Part shown: positions 63,416-64,000 of the stretch, piece by piece | Position numbering within the stretch: the first letter of the stretch is position 1 | Layout of the letters: every line of letters starts with the position of its first letter | From: Methanobacteriota archaeon | Lineage (GTDB): Archaea > Halobacteriota > Bog-38 > Methanoflorentales > Methanoflorentaceae | Length of the DNA: 64,000 nt | Direction: 5' to 3' | NCBI GenBank assembly: GCA_963719035.1 | Contig: CAVRAO010000012.1 | Coordinates: forward strand, 224,001-288,000 | Position numbers and translations under genes: made by a program | The notes under the pieces: generated by a model | Told to the model about the DNA's origin: nothing | Seen by the model: only the letters and a program-made list of their open reading frames with translations | Databases searched by the model: none

Positions 63416-63418
63416 GTT

Positions 63419-63979
63419 GTGGCTAAGCACTGGCGAGAAGTAAAAAACGAAATCGAGGAGGAAATAGACCGAATATGGTGGGAGGAGCCTGAGGAAGTCA
63501 CGATGAGCCGACTAGGGATATTCCCAAGTGGGGCAGGGACAGACGGCCAGGTATTGGGGAACCTTTTGTTCCTTGTCGCGGACACTCAGGCCATGGGATG
63601 GTGGACCACCGAGCCTGCGATCCGATCCGCGATCGCAGATCCCGTCTTTACGCTTGAGCACTGCAAGCGAATGTGGAAGTACTTGACTGTGCACATGGCC
63701 AAGCTCTTGGGCGATACCGACCCTCCTAACTGCCCTGCTCCATGGTTAAATTTGCCCAAGCTTGTCGAGCTCTGCAATGACATTGTAGACTCCTTGGACA
63801 CCGTTGAGACAAAGGAGGAGTTTGCCGATCTCATCTGGAGCTGGGAAAATTACGTGAACCGACTGAACAAGTGGTTCTCCCTCGTGTTCCCCTGGCACGT
63901 GGGGCTCGATTTTCCCAGGAGGGGACCAGAGGACATCGACGAGATGGTTCGTCTATCGCACTTGTGGGAAAAACGGTGA
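63419..63979 (+). CDS. Cucumopine-synthase C-terminal helical-bundle-like protein
   Basis: IW.EEPEE....GI.PSGAG..GQ...YVNRL..W....FPW motif. Confidence 0.65.
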   Translation: MAKHWREVKNEIEEEIDRIWWEEPEEVTMSRLGIFPSGAGTDGQVLGNLLFLVADTQAMGWWTTEPAIRSAIADPVFTLEHCKRMWKYLTVHMAKLLGDTDPPNCPAPWLNLPKLVELCNDIVDSLDTVETKEEFADLIWSWENYVNRLNKWFSLVFPWHVGLDFPRRGPEDIDEMVRLSHLWEKR

Positions 63980-64000
63980 CCGTTGTTGCATTAGCGGTTC

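Noticed and set aside
1-64000. tRNA, rRNA or integrase-defined island boundaries
   Set aside because: GGTTCRA-like hits (for example near 21334 and 45122) do not fold into cloverleaves by eye and no integrase ORF is present; tRNAscan-SE/Infernal would be needed to exclude ncRNAs

Overview
This window comes from an archaeal chromosome, most likely a methanogen: it carries an F390 synthetase, a methanogen-type FprA, expanded TrmB regulators and GGAGGTG-type ribosome binding sites. A Halobacteriota lineage is my inference, not verified. The main blocks are: two paralogous surface proteins flanking a GT-C glycosyltransferase; an RHH/coiled-coil gene with a 22-bp-periodic upstream repeat array; a trpEGDCFBA operon; an oxygen/redox block (fprA, ftsA, flavodoxins, CDGSH); many small stress and accessory genes; and a TrmB duplication. 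The most interesting part is a ~10 kb candidate immune/conflict island (50.3-60.3 kb). It encodes a NucA/EndoG-type nuclease, a caspase-like protease, a papain-like protease, a Trypco/Pepco-like small protein, a TIR-TPR protein with the catalytic Glu intact, two membrane-anchored TIR proteins with Glu replaced by Gln, a small multi-TM putative pore effector and a membrane-inserted metallophosphoesterase. Many genes carry single-base frameshifts, including trpE and trpC, which suggests assembly indel errors, so the pseudogene calls are provisional. I saw no rRNA, tRNA, CRISPR array or intact IS. All family calls come from motif recognition by eye; no database searches were run.
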